Part shown: positions 1-12,014 of the stretch, piece after piece
How the letters are laid out: each line of letters starts with the position of its first letter
Position numbering within the stretch: position 1 is the first letter of the stretch
DNA from: Octopus vulgaris
Lineage: Eukaryota
Length of the DNA: 64,000 nucleotides
NCBI GenBank assembly: GCA_951406725.2
Contig: OX597834.1
Coordinates: 22,630,001-22,694,000 of the forward strand
Reading direction: 5' to 3'
Program-made: the position numbers and the translations under genes
Notes under the pieces: model-generated
Seen by the model: the letters and a program-made list of their open reading frames with translations, nothing else
What the model was told of the DNA's origin: nothing
Databases searched by the model: none

Positions 1-246
1 CATGAGCTGGTTATATTTGTGCTAGTTTTAAACTTTTTTTCAGCCGTCCCTAAAAACAAATTGTTCACAGCAACAAGAAAACGAACGACGACATTAAGAT
101 CTTTTAAAGGTTCAAAGGTGTCTGAGAAGAAGAAAAACAACATTTTGGAAATTGTCAAAATATGAGGGATGGTCACGAGATGTGAGTCATGTCACTGCAG
201 TAATTCTTATTTACAAGTAGACATACATATATGTACTTATATGTAT

Positions 247-305
<59 letters not shown>

Positions 306-688
306 TATATATATACAGTCATACATATATAGATTATTGTAAACTGTCCCATCAAAATACAGAATATACAACTGAATGTTTGATGGTTACTTACAGGCTT
401 GTAATCAGACCTGTTCCGACCGTGACAATCGAGCTTTACATTCATTCTATCAAAATATCTGGTTACAATACTCAATGTACTCTTACTTAAAGATAGAAAC
501 TTCAAGAAAGTAGCAGGGGTTAAAATTTGAGCGAAATTTGGCTGCTACAACTAAGTGAGTGGAGCAACAATAATAATAGCATTGCTTTGAAATTATTTAA
601 TGGGTGGTGGTGGTTTTCGATGACGTTTTGGGTGTGAAATGAACACAGGAAAACGGACGTGTGAAAAATAAGTACGGCATTACATCAG

Positions 689-746
<58 letters not shown>

Positions 747-1250
747 ACAAACATACATATGCACACACACTCGCAAACAACTCAACACAAGTTGTTTGGT
801 CAGTGAAAACTCACTGTAGGAATTGGCAAATTCAATACCTCACAAAGACCAGTGGTTTCATCAGGAAAAAGGACACACACACAAACATAGATGTATACAT
901 ACACACCTCATACACCCATGGGTTGGGGGCTCATGAAGTTTGTCAATTTTTTGTTTGTCAAATTCTTTTTGGGGTTTACAGTTTTAGACAAAGTGAAAAT
1001 TGGTAGCAATATCTATAGGCAACCCTCTTTCGTTAGATTCTACAGAAATGTAATTGGAAGGTCTGCAGAACCCTTATCTTTCCCCTTCCTGAAGAAATTA
1101 AAAGATATGTATGTGTGTGTGGTGTTTATAGCTCATGTTATGGAACTAAGGTGTCCACAAATCAAAAACAGGTACTCCAGTGTTTGAGACAAGTTTCTTA
1201 TTTTAGATTACAGAGTTTCCTTACAAGAACAGTCAAGTTGCTTTTATATA

Positions 1251-1295
<45 letters not shown>

Positions 1296-1360
1296 CATAT
1301 ACATATATATATATATATAAAAGCAACTTGACTGTGGTTGCCCCACCTGCCAGACATTAT

Positions 1361-1596
1361 AGGCGAGCTGGCAGAAACGTTAGCACGCCGGGCGAAATGC
1401 GTAGCCGTATTTCGTCTGCCGTTACGTTCTGAGTTCAAATTCCGCCGAGGTCGACTTTGCCTTTCATCCTTTCTGGGTCGATAAATAAAGTACCAGTTTC
1501 GCACTGGGGGGGGGGGGTCTATGTAATCGACTTAATCCCTTTGTCTGTCCTTGTTTGTCCCCTCTATGTTTAGCCCCTTGTGGGCAATAAAGAAAT
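1361..1596 (+). mobile_element. tRNA-derived SINE family A (octopus OK-like), IST1 intron
   Basis: GGCGAGCTGGCAGAAACGTTAGCACG...GAGTTCAAATTCC (A/B boxes); near-identical to copies at 3163, 45399, 49115, 52851 and 60740. Confidence 0.85.
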
Positions 1597-2057
1597 ATAT
1601 ATATATATATATAATGGGTTCTACCAGTCGGTTTTGAAGTATAAGTGTCCAACCGCGAGCTGTTAAAGATACTCGATACATGATTTGTTTTCGGCTGTGA
1701 CGGCAACTAATCCAGGAAACGGAGAAATCATATATATATATATATATATATACATATTACCTTCACCAAACAATATGTTACAGGTTATGACATATATAAC
1801 TAGTCAGGATGTTAACATCGGTTTCGCGTTGAATATTGCCACCAGACAGGCAATATAATGACATCGTGTGTGTATAATGTGTACAGTGTAATAAAAATAA
1901 TATCAGGAACACAAGTTTAAGACGAATGTTGAGAAAATAAAAATGTTTAAGAATAGCTGAAGGACCAAAAAAATTAGGCAATGTATTGTTACACACACAC
2001 TCACACAAATATATATATATATACATATATATCATACACACAGAAATATATACATAC

Positions 2058-2326
2058 TTTTGTGTTTGGATAAGTCCGAACCTGGCCAACAATAGATCGC
2101 AGTACATCTCTAAAAGTTCCATAGCTTCGACCAAATAATCTTCCCGAATGATGTGTTCAACACGGATCCGAGCCCTGTCTTCTTTACCATTGCAAATATA
2201 GTCCGCAATTTCACGACGGGCTTTTTGAGCAAGTTCAGCTTTCTTCTTTTCCAATAATTTGAGTCGATTGACCGTCAGACGAAGGTTTGTGCTCAACTTG
2301 GTATAGTTAGGACCTGTCCTAAACAT
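2058..2326 (-). CDS. IST1: IST1 homolog (ESCRT-III associated factor), first coding exon; downstream exons not found inside the window
   Basis: ATG at 2326. Translation MFRTGPNYTKLSTNLRLTVNRLKLLEKKKAELAQKARREIADYICNGKEDRARIRVEHIIREDYLVEAMELLEMYCDLLLARFGLIQTQK matches the conserved IST1 N-terminus. Phase-2 donor AA|GTATGT at 2057. Confidence 0.95.
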
Positions 2327-2960
2327 TTTGTCTGTTTTTTTTATATATATATATATTTATATTTGGTATTTTTTCAATCAAGTGAAGCACGAAAGGCGAT
2401 TAGTTTTGTTATGGTTAAATTTCTTCCCTTCCTCTCTCCCTAAAGATGATCCACAATAAGAATTGACAACCCACAAGGCCACAAATCCAAGGCCGATCCT
2501 TCCGTCTAGGTTAGCAACCACCCGACTTCATACATTCACTGTTGTTGTGGTGGTGGTGTGATAGTGAAATGAATAACTAGGCTCACTTCCGAAATATTAT
2601 TTACATTAAAAAAACAAAACATAATAAATTCATATATATTTAATAATTTTTTTAACAATATTTAATGAAATTTTTATACGTATTTCTCAAAGAAAAAGCA
2701 AAAAGATTTAAATCTCATCATCCCCCCCACTTCTTCCTCATTACACTGATGTAATTTCTGCGGAATATAACCGGACGTTGATGTGTTATTAGTGTATGTA
2801 TGTCTTCGAAAGATCTTCGTTCTTTCATTCTCCCTTTTTTTCTCGCTTGAAACCGTTTCCTTCACTTTACTCACGACGCTTTCTATTTTCCACGTTGTTT
2901 TCATTAAAATTAGGATTTTCTTTTCCTGACATCCACTTAACTATATTTTTCTTCAGGCAA
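2327..2960. promoter_or_regulatory. Candidate divergent promoter / 5' region shared by IST1 (-) and UFSP1 (+)
   Basis: Repeat-free, relatively CpG-containing stretch just upstream of the IST1 ATG. ETS-like ACTTCCG at 2585-2591. Possible + strand donor AGT|GTATGT near 2793. Confidence 0.4.
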
Positions 2961-3162
2961 ACATACTTTCGGATTTAGCCCAGCCTTCTCCTACAACCCT
3001 AGGCCAACCAAAACCTTGCGAGTAAATCTGGTAGATGGAAACTGAAAGACACCCATCGTATATATGATGTGTGTTTGTCTCCACCACCACTTGACAACCG
3101 GTGCTGGTTTGTTTATGTCCATGTAACTTAGCAGTTTGACTAAAGTGATTTGATCAATATAC

Positions 3163-3392
3163 AGGCGGCGAGCTGGCAGAAACGTTAGCACGCCGGGCGA
3201 AATGCGTAGCCGTATTTCGTCTGCCGTTACGTTCTGAGTTCAAATTCCGCCGAGGTCGTCTTTGCCTTTCATCCTTTCGGGGTCGATAAATTAAGTACCA
3301 GTTACGCACTGGAGTCGATGTAATCGACTTAATCCGTGTGTCTGTCCTTGTTTGTCCCCTCTATGTTTAGCCCCTTGTGGGCAATAAAGAAA
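3163..3392 (+). mobile_element. SINE family A copy, adjacent to an older family B fragment (about 2975-3160)
   Basis: Full-length match to the 1361 copy. Confidence 0.85.
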
Positions 3393-3409
3393 CAAATGTA
3401 CAGGTTAAG

Positions 3410-4350
3410 CCCCGGTCACGAAAACAAAAAAAAAACAAACCAACCTACTAGGTGTAAAAAAAAGTGTAGAAAACAAGAATTTGTGCAAACGAACGGGAGT
3501 GGGGTGGGATGAGGACTTTCGGAAATTTCACAAGATCCCATTTTTCCCTCCTAACTTTCAGGAAAATGGATATATATTGATGAAATTTTATAGAAATACC
3601 ATTCAAATGGCACAAATTGCGATTATAAAAAGAATTTCTGGGGAAAATGTTTTCGGAAAATTCACACGATCCTTTTTCTTTTCTTTTTTTTTTTTTTTCG
3701 TCATAACTTTCAGGAAAATGGATATCTTTTAATAGAATAAGTACCAGACTTTTAAGGCATAACTACAGATGTATACCCCCACCCCGTCTTTGTTGCCTCA
3801 TAACTTCCAGAAAACTGGATACTTTTTAACCAAGCTTTCAACAAATAATTACTTAGATCTTGTACACTGAGTGTACGTAAAGATTTGCTGGGAAAATGGT
3901 TTTTGAGGGGTTGAGGAGAGGAGTTTCGGAAAATTCACAAGACCCGACATTTCTCCCATACACACCTCATAACTTTCAGGAAAATGGGTGTTTTTTAATG
4001 AAATTTTATACAAATACCCTTCAAACGGTTTAGATTACAATTACAAAGAAATTTGTGGGCAAAAGTTTTTGGAAGGAGGCGGGGGAAGGGGCTTCTGGAT
4101 AAAGGAGTTTCGGATAAGACGGCCCACGTAAGTCGGAATTTCTCCGTTTTGACTGGGATTTTTTCCAATTTCATTTTGCAGCAAGTCTTCGGAATGATGA
4201 GAGGTATCTTTTCACCAAAAAAAAGAAAAAATTTTGAAAATTTATGATTTCTTTCACTCCCACCACCTCAGTCCGGTCCGATTTTGGCCACTTTTTTTTT
4301 TTTTCACTACGCACTTAAAACCCGTAAGAGAAATATTTTCGGTTTTTAAA
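3410..4350. repeat. Unclassified repeat with internal subrepeats
   Basis: CATAACTTTCAGGAAAATGG-like unit at about 3551, 3701, 3797 and 3967; TTTCGGAAAATTCACA recurs. Confidence 0.5.
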
Positions 4351-4475
4351 AAAATGTTAATATTTTCAGAGGAAAATGTGTGGAAATAAGGGAGACCTGG
4401 CTATTGTTTCTAACACATCCCAAGACTTCCCTCGTTTCTTTCTCACTCCCACATCTGTATGTGTCACGAACACAT

Positions 4476-4688
4476 ACACGAAGGTGTGCTGAAAAGTTCG
4501 GGTGCCGCGAAAGGCCTGGTTGAAGGCCCAACCCTCCGAGTTCATTTTATAGGGCTTAAAAAACTGAAGGACCGCTGCAATAAGTTTGAGAATCTGAGAG
4601 GGGACTATTTTGAATAAAATCATAATTAACTGACCCTCTTGTATTTTCTTTTACCCAAATCCAGGGACTTTTCAGTAACCTCTCTTAC
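4476..4688. mobile_element. Mariner-like MITE remnant
   Basis: Imperfect TIRs TACACGAAGGTGTGCTGAAAAGTTC ... GGACTTTTCAGTAACCTCTCTTA. Confidence 0.5.
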
Positions 4689-5196
4689 ACACATGAATGT
4701 GTATGTGTGTGTACAACGGGCTTCTTTCTAGTTTCCATTTACCAAATTCATTCCTAAGGCTTTGTCCGGCCGGGAGTGGTAGTAGATGATACAATCCCGA
4801 GGTTTATTGAAAGATTAATTTCATATCCTTGGGGACTCACACTCTACAGTTTTTAAAATTATTTTTATAATTTTCATTTTTATTTCGTGTAATTTTCTGA
4901 CAATCAAGGGGAGATAATGGCGAATTATATAGCACAGTCAGGCTAAGTTTGTAATTTAGACTAAGTTCTGACACACACAAACACACAGTAGTTAGGACAG
5001 CTTTGAACTGTCAGTAGCTCCCTCCAACACTACCACCACCATCACTATTGGAGCTGCATTTTGCCACAGGATCAAAACCCAGGACTCAGTTGAAGATAGG
5101 AGAAATGTGTTCCATGATGAGGGAAGTTGCCTTTGAGTTAATAATCAACAACAGAAGGAATTAAAATGGCATGAAGTAACCAAATGACACTGATAT

Positions 5197-5422
5197 TACT
5201 CTTTTTTTTTACTCTTTTACTTGTTTCAGTCATTTGACTGCGGCCATGCTGGAGCACCGCTTTTAATCGAACAAATCGACCCCAGGACTTATTCTTTGTA
5301 GGCCCAGTACTTATTCTATCGGTCTCTTTTGCCGAACCGCTAAGTGACGGGGACGTAAACACACCAGCATCGGTTGTCAAGCAATGCTAAGGGGACAAAC
5401 ACAGACACACAAATACCGACGC

Positions 5423-5461
<39 letters not shown>

Positions 5462-5622
5462 TACGACAGGCTTCTTTCAGTTTCCGTCTACCAAATCCAC
5501 TCACAGGGCATTGGTCGGCCCGGGGCTATAGCAGAAGACACTTGCCCAAGATGCCACGCAGTGGGACTGAACCCGGAACCATGTGGTTGGTAAACAAGCT
5601 ACTTACCACACAGCCACTCCTG
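5197..5622 (-). mobile_element. tRNA-derived SINE family B (OR-like, CORE-like CCTTGGGCAAGTG box, internal TA microsatellite, TAAAAGAG tail)
   Basis: Near-identical to copies at 7465, 8376 and 14037. Confidence 0.85.
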
Positions 5623-5802
5623 GCTACAAATTTCTATGATCTTCTTTAATTGTTTTGTAATGAGATAAATAAGAGAGTACAAGATATAGTATGTTTATGC
5701 TGTGGTCTGTGCTGCTGAGTAATAAGCTCAGCCAAAGGTTTTCTAGTTCAATACACAATAGAGAGCTGTCTTAAAATACAATGTTTATTCGTTACTATAA
5801 AG

Positions 5803-6002
5803 CAGTGCTTTTCAACCTTTTTGCTGGAGCGGAACCCCAAGAAAACATTTCACTGGCTCGAGGAACCCATGTGCAATAATTTAATTGTCTTATGCACACA
5901 TATCTGCACAGGAGAATTAAAAATTAGTCAATTTTAGCATTTTTTGTAACTTCTTGCGGAACCCCTGAACTGTACTGGCGGAACCCTGGTTGAAAACCAC
6001 TG
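5803..6002. mobile_element. hAT-type MITE, 200 bp
   Basis: TIRs CAGTGCTTTTCAACC / GGTTGAAAACCACTG; perfect 8-bp TSD CTATAAAG at 5795-5802 and 6003-6010. Confidence 0.9.
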
Positions 6003-6209
6003 CTATAAAGGCTCACCTCCACTTCAGTGTTTTACCTCTTCTGATAACCCCTTAGGGGTGCTGAAATTTCGACAGGAACCTTTGTTCTTCTAAAATTTAG
6101 GGAAAGATCTAGTTGGTACCAGCATACAATGGATTTTTCTTTTGCATTACATTCCAACTTTTGACAAGGACAAAGAATGGTAGCAAATTTTATTCTTATT
6201 CATTAAAAT

Positions 6210-6790
6210 CGTGAGCTGGCAAAATACTTAGTTGTACTTCATCTGTCTTTACGTTCTGAGTTCAAATTCCACTAGGATTGACTTTGCCTTTCATCCTTTT
6301 GGGGTCAATGAAATAAATACCAGTTGCGTACTAGGGTTGATGCTATCAACTTTACCCCTACTCTTAACACTGCTGGCCCTGTGCAAAAATTTGAAACCAT
6401 TATTCTTTTCTACTCTAGGCACAAGGCCAGAAATTTTGGGGGAGGGGCCAGTCAATTAGATTGACCCCAATATGCAACAGGTACTTAATTTATTGACCCT
6501 GAAAGGATAAAAGGCAAAGTCAACCTCAGTTGAATTTGAACTCGGAACATAAAGACAGATGAAACACCGTTAAGCATTTCACTCGGTGTGCTAACATTTC
6601 TGCCAACTTGCTGCCTTTGAAACCATTATTGTTGTTGTTGTTGTTGTTGTTATCTTACTGGGGTCAGCTTTGCCTTTCCCACATTTGTGGGTCAATAAAA
6701 TAAAGTACCAATCAAGTACTGGAGTCAATGATATGGACAACTTTGCCTCCTTTCAGAATTGCTGGCCTTGTGTCTGAATTAGAAACAATT
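6210..6790. mobile_element. Cluster of three SINE family A copies (+, -, + partial)
   Basis: Middle copy 6405-6615 (-) is flanked by the 15-bp TSD TTTGAAACCATTATT (6390-6404, 6616-6630). Confidence 0.8.
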
Positions 6791-7196
6791 TATAAAGAGC
6801 AGAGAAGGGGAGAAAAAATTCATTTGTATTTGAAGAGAAGCCTGGTACCTATCACTTCAGGAACCATGGATGCTTGATTTTTTTTTTTTTCATATCATTA
6901 TCATTTAACATCCATTTTCCATGCTCGCATGAGCTGCACAGATTGACAGCAGTTGGCAAGCCAGAGGGCTGCACTGGTCTCCAGTTGTCTGTTGTGGCAT
7001 GGTTTCCACAGCTGGATGCCCTTCCTAATGCCAAACACTTTAGGGAATGTACTACATACTTTTTACATAGAACCAGTGATACAAATGTATATTAACTCAT
7101 TAAATAATTTTAATTTGTCATTTTCCATTAGATCTTTGTTGAAGCTTATTGATTCTGCTTCTATGCTTCCAGTTTTCTAATCAGCAAACCAATCTG

Positions 7197-7307
7197 ATGT
7201 TACTGACAAATGTTCACTGCCACCTCGACAGACCTGAACAGAACGCTGTCCTAGTGAAGGGAGACTATCAGTATTATCATTATGGCTGTGATGGTGTTAA
7301 CGACACA
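7197..7307 (+). CDS. UFSP1: Ufm1-specific protease 1, coding exon 1
   Basis: MLLTNVHCHLDRPEQNAVLVKGDYQYYHYGCDGVNDT (peptidase C78 YxYYHY motif). Donor ACA|GTAAGT, phase 0. Confidence 0.9.
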
Positions 7308-7464
7308 GTAAGTATTGTTGTAGTTTTGGTTGATCTCTTACAAAAGTTGTTACAAGAAACTCTAATGTTGTGGTTAGGTTGGGGGGATGCAAACAGGAAA
7401 AATAGAACTCAGAAAACGAGTGCAAGTATAGCTGTGTGGTAAGAGACTGCCTCCAGTTCTATGA

Positions 7465-7683
7465 TACTCTCTTTTACTCTTTTACTTGTTTCAGTCATTT
7501 GACTGCGGCCATGCTGGAGCACCGCCTTTAGTCAAGCAAATCGACCCCGGGACTTATTCTTTGTAAGCCCAGTACTTATTCTACTGGTCTCTTTTGCCGA
7601 ACCACTAAGTGACGGGGGACGTAAACACACCAGCATCGGTTGTCAAGCAATGCTCGGGGGACAAACACAGACACACAAATACC

Positions 7684-7729
<46 letters not shown>

Positions 7730-7889
7730 TACGACAGGCTTCTTTCAGTTTCCGCCTACCAAATCCACTCACAAGGCATTGGTCGGCCCGGGGCTATAGC
7801 AGAAGACACTTGCCCAAGATGCCACGCAGTGGGACTGAACCCGGAACCATGTGGTTGGTTAGCAAGCTACTTACCACACAGCCACTCCT
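7465..7889 (-). mobile_element. SINE family B, UFSP1 intron
   Basis: Full-length match to the 5197 copy. Confidence 0.85.
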
Positions 7890-8162
7890 GATGCGGACTT
7901 CCTGTTGTAAAGTGATTTAAATTAAAAACTTTCATCAAAATTTCATGTTAATTTATGTTTCATAAACCAACTTAATAATGTTAATTATTTTTACTAAATT
8001 CATCATAATTTTCAAAATTAATTAAAACAAATGCAGTGTATTTCAAAAAAAAAATGGTAACAAAGAAGTTAAATGGTGGAAAATGTGTTTGTATATTGGA
8101 ACAAATTTCATCTTCCAAAATATTCAGGTTGCATTCCTTTGTATAAAATATTTCTATTTCAG

Positions 8163-8360
8163 GGATGGGGATGTGGCTATCGGACACTCCAGTCTCTGTG
8201 TTCTTGGATTACTCACCAGAAATCGAGTCGAGCTGTTCCAAGCATCAAAGAAATCCAAGAAGCATTAGTAGAGATGGGAGATAAACCTGCGAGTTTTCTT
8301 GGATCGAAGGAGTGGATTGGAAGTTTAGAAGTTGCCATGTGTTTAGATTACTTTTATGAT
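8163..8360 (+). CDS. UFSP1: Ufm1-specific protease 1, coding exon 2 (catalytic Cys box)
   Basis: tttcag| [16 protein letters not shown]...[29 protein letters not shown] |gtaagt; 198 nt, phase 0-0. Confidence 0.95.
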
Positions 8361-8375
8361 GTAAGTCTACAAATA

Positions 8376-8593
8376 TACTCTTTACTCTTTACTCTTTTAC
8401 TTGTTTCAGTCATTTGACTGCGGCCATGCTGGAGCACCGCCTTTAGTCGATCAAATCGACCCCGGGACTTATTCTTTGTAAGCCCAGTACTTATTCTATC
8501 GGTCTCTTTTGCCGAACCGCTAAGTGACGGGGACGTAAACACACCAGCATCGGTTGTCAAACAATGCTAGGGGGATAAACACAGACACACAAT

Positions 8594-8627
<34 letters not shown>

Positions 8628-8800
8628 CATATATACGACAGGCTTCTTTCAGTTTCCGTCTACCAAATTCACTCACAAGGCATTGGTCAGCCCGGGGCTA
8701 TAGCAGAAGACACTTGCCCAAGATGCCACGCAGTGGGACTGAACCTGCAACCGTGTGGTTGGTTAGCAAGCTACTTACCACACAGCCACTCCTGCGCCTA
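8376..8800 (-). mobile_element. SINE family B, about 15 nt downstream of the UFSP1 exon 2 donor
   Basis: Full-length match to the 5197 copy. Confidence 0.85.
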
Positions 8801-9149
8801 TGTATAGTAATTATTCTAAATAATCATCATCATCATCTAACATGTGTTGTCCATGATGGCATGGGTTGGATGGTTTGACCAGAGCTGGCAAACTGGAGAT
8901 CTGCACAAAGTCCCAGTCTGATTTGGCATAGTTTCTACAACTGGATGCCCTTCCTAACACCAACCACTTCACAGTGTGTACTGGGTGCTTTTAACACAGC
9001 ACCAGCATGAATGCTTTTCACATGGCACCGGCACAGGACTCTTACAGGCCAATCCTCTTCACCAGGGGGTGGTGAGTGGCTTTAGCACTTCTGCTGTGGA
9101 TGACTTATATACATGTATGTGTGTGTGTGTGTGTTTATATATATATGTA

Positions 9150-9400
9150 TCTAACACACGTGGACACACCTACAAAGTCAGAAACCAACACAGCTCCCAT
9201 GACTTTCGGAAACATTTTTTCATGCTCAGAGTTGCTGAGGCATGGAACAGACTGCCTGCGTCAGTTGTTGACTGCCATGAAACTGCATCCTTTAAGGCCC
9301 TCATGCTTTCCAAAATCCACTGAAACTACACCTGACTATACATACACTTTAGATGAGTTGTAGTGCACCTGAGCACTGTACACAATGTTTTTATTATTAT
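9150..9400 (+). mobile_element. CR1-clade LINE 3' fragment
   Basis: SNTRGHTYKV...RKHFFMLRVAEAWNRLP, the typical CR1 ORF2 C-terminus; related fragment at about 52270-52370. Confidence 0.8.
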
Positions 9401-9559
9401 TATATATATATATATATGTATAAGCAAAAACAATTGCAGTAGATGTTTGCAAGCCATTTAAGAATACACAAAAACCATTAGTTTCACTTCGACATTTAAA
9501 CTTAATTTGTGTCAAAATATTTTCGTCACTTTGAAACCATGATCTGTTCACTGACAAAA

Positions 9560-10370
9560 CTTAATGTGTCAGCTAGGGATTTAAGGAATATTGGCCGAAA
9601 ATTATGTGGGAAACCTAGACAAACAAGCAAAGCCATTTTCACCACCTCTGGATTTCCTCATGTACTGAAAACCACCAGAAATCGAATCCTCAGGACCATG
9701 GCTTCCTTGTAAGAACCCTTGAAACTGCTTCCTTTAATGCCCTGTCACAGGAGTTTGAGGCTTCTATGGGCCCAAAAGTACATGACGTTAGACATGAGTT
9801 GTGTTCTGTTGACTGACGAAACCAGGGCAACCCTTGATGGGCCTAACAGTGGGAAAATGGTTGGATCTATTTTGGAGATGTGCATCACCAACATTTACAA
9901 AGTTAACAACAGGGTAGAGGAGTCATGTTGTGGGCTGGTATCATTGGGGATAGACTTGTTGACCCAGTCAGGGTGCCTGAAGGGATCAAAGTGGCCACGG
10001 CTACCTACTGCAATCTCCTGAAGTAAGTCTTGGATCCCTGGCTGTCACCTCTAAGGAACCTTGTATTCATGCATGACAACATTTCCTCCCATTCTGTTAG
10101 GACCACCCAAACATTCCTAGGGTTTTATGGCATACAAGGTGAAAGATTGATGGTGTGGCCACCAGTATCTCCAAATCTTAACCCTATAGAAAATCTTTGG
10201 TCCATCATTAAGCAAGATGTTTATGCCGATGGACACCAATTTATGTCGAAAGATGTCTTATGACTGACCATCAAAGCTGCACCAGAGGCAGCCAGGGCTG
10301 CTACTATTAAGAAATTGACAGATACAATGACGAATAGGTTATCTGTCAAAATGGCATTCATGTGGCTAAA
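9560..10370 (+). pseudogene. Degenerate Tc1/mariner transposase, DD37E (TRT-like)
   Basis: TDETRATLDGP, FMHDN...WPPVSPNLNPIENLW; 37 residues between the second D and E; stops and frameshifts. Confidence 0.85.
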
Positions 10371-10807
10371 TAATTCATTATGTCAATCAATGTTATAATA
10401 TTATTATGGTTTTCTGTTAAATATATACTCAATGTACGCTTAATATGTATCATTACCCTTCATTTTCTGAAAAAAAAATGTCCAGATGGGCCATTTTCAT
10501 TCAAAAGCTATTAGTGTGTTCACCCAAAAACTGAAGAATCTGAAATAAAAAAGGAAAGGACATTACACAGAATGGTGAAAACATAACAATGGTGTTGCCA
10601 TAGTGTGAAAACCAGCTGGGAAAAGTTTTATTGCAATCAATACACAGAAAACTGAGAAATCCTAAATTTCACTCCTTAGCTATTAGCATGGTTTCGGGTG
10701 TATATGTGTGTGTGTATTTATAGACTTACCTACATATATATATACATATATATATATATGCTTGTATGTCTCTATGAATGTTGATATTTCAGAAGGCTGG
10801 AAATATT

Positions 10808-11160
10808 CTTTTATTCTTATATTTGTTTCAGTCATTTGACTGTGGCCATGATGGAGCACCGCCTTTAGTCAAACAAATTGACCCCAGAACTTATTCTTTG
10901 TAAGCCTAGTACTTAACCTATTGGTCTCTTTTGCTAAACTTCTAAGTTATGGGGATGTGAACACACCAACATTGGTTGTCAAGTGATGGTAGGGGAACAA
11001 ACACAAACATACACACATACATATATATACACAGGCTTCTTTCAGTTTCCATCTACCAAATCCACTCACAGGCTTTGGTCGGCCCAAGGCTATAGTAGAA
11101 AACACTTGCCCAAGGTGCCACACAGTGGGACTGAACCCAGAACCATGTGGTTGAGAAGCC
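10808..11160 (-). mobile_element. SINE family B (older copy)
   Basis: Diverged match to the family B consensus. Confidence 0.75.
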
Positions 11161-11191
11161 ATTCTACAAATAGAATTGTTTTACTTTTCAG

Positions 11192-11294
11192 GTTCCTGGG
11201 AAAATCCTACATGTTACAGATGGCTATTCTTTGTCAAATCATCTTGAGGAACTGGATTGGCATTTTCAAAACTTTGGCTCACCAATAATGATGG
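11192..11294 (+). CDS. UFSP1: Ufm1-specific protease 1, coding exon 3
   Basis: ttttcag| VPGKILHVTDGYSLSNHLEELDWHFQNFGSPIMM(G) |gtgagt; 103 nt, phase 0-1. Confidence 0.92.
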
Positions 11295-11532
11295 GTGAGT
11301 CACTATAGTTCTATGTAATCTACATTTGCTACAATATTTCGGTTTATGCATCATGCTTTTGCTTCAAATAATTTCGAAAACAGTAAAGAATTTAGTAACA
11401 TCATCATCACCATTTTAACATCTACCTTTCCATGCTTGCATGGGTCAGATGAAGTTCAGTGGGGTGAAGTTTCCTACAGCCAGACATCCTTCCTGTCACC
11501 AACCCTCACCTGTTTCTAAACAAGGTAATAAT

Positions 11533-12014
11533 CACCCACTCTGTTGATCAAAACACAATTGAACACCTGTGGGATGAAATCCAGAGACCTGCCGAACCAG
11601 GTGATCCCAAGACCAACAACTCATGTGGAACTGGAGGCAGTTTTCCTCAGGATGTGGGCACAGGTGCCAATGGCTTTTGTGAACCACCTCATGCACTCCA
11701 TATACTGACAGTGTATGGCTGTTTTGAACACCCAAAGAGGCCATACACAGTATTATTAGTATTGGTAAGTACTAATAAAGCCTTATTAGTATTAGTAAGT
11801 AACCAGCCATACACAGTTTTGAACATATCATGCCCTACAATCTCAATGTGCTGGATCTGCCCATTACCAGAACATGACAACAACCTAGAGATTGTGGTCA
11901 AAGTGCATCCAAGAAATTGACTTTATCAGATTTATCAAAATTTATTTCTGACACAATGCAATTAAAACATATTTGACAGTCACACACGTCTTGATTTTCT
12001 TTTGCAGTTCAGTG
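11533..12014 (+). mobile_element. Tc1 transposon 3' remnant
   Basis: IEHLWDEIQR...PRPTTHVELEAVFLRMWAQVPMAFVNHLMHS...CMAVLNTQRGHTQY (Tc1 C-terminus); TIR-like end TTTTGCAGTTCAGTG|TA. Confidence 0.7.

Noticed and set aside
415-505. Second IST1 exon (GTAAGT donor on the - strand at 414)
   Set aside because: Translation does not resemble the expected IST1 continuation and there is no clear acceptor.
9500-9560. Hammerhead-like fold on the - strand (TGTCA...GACGAAA...TGACA)
   Set aside because: Lacks the CTGANGA box and stem II is broken.
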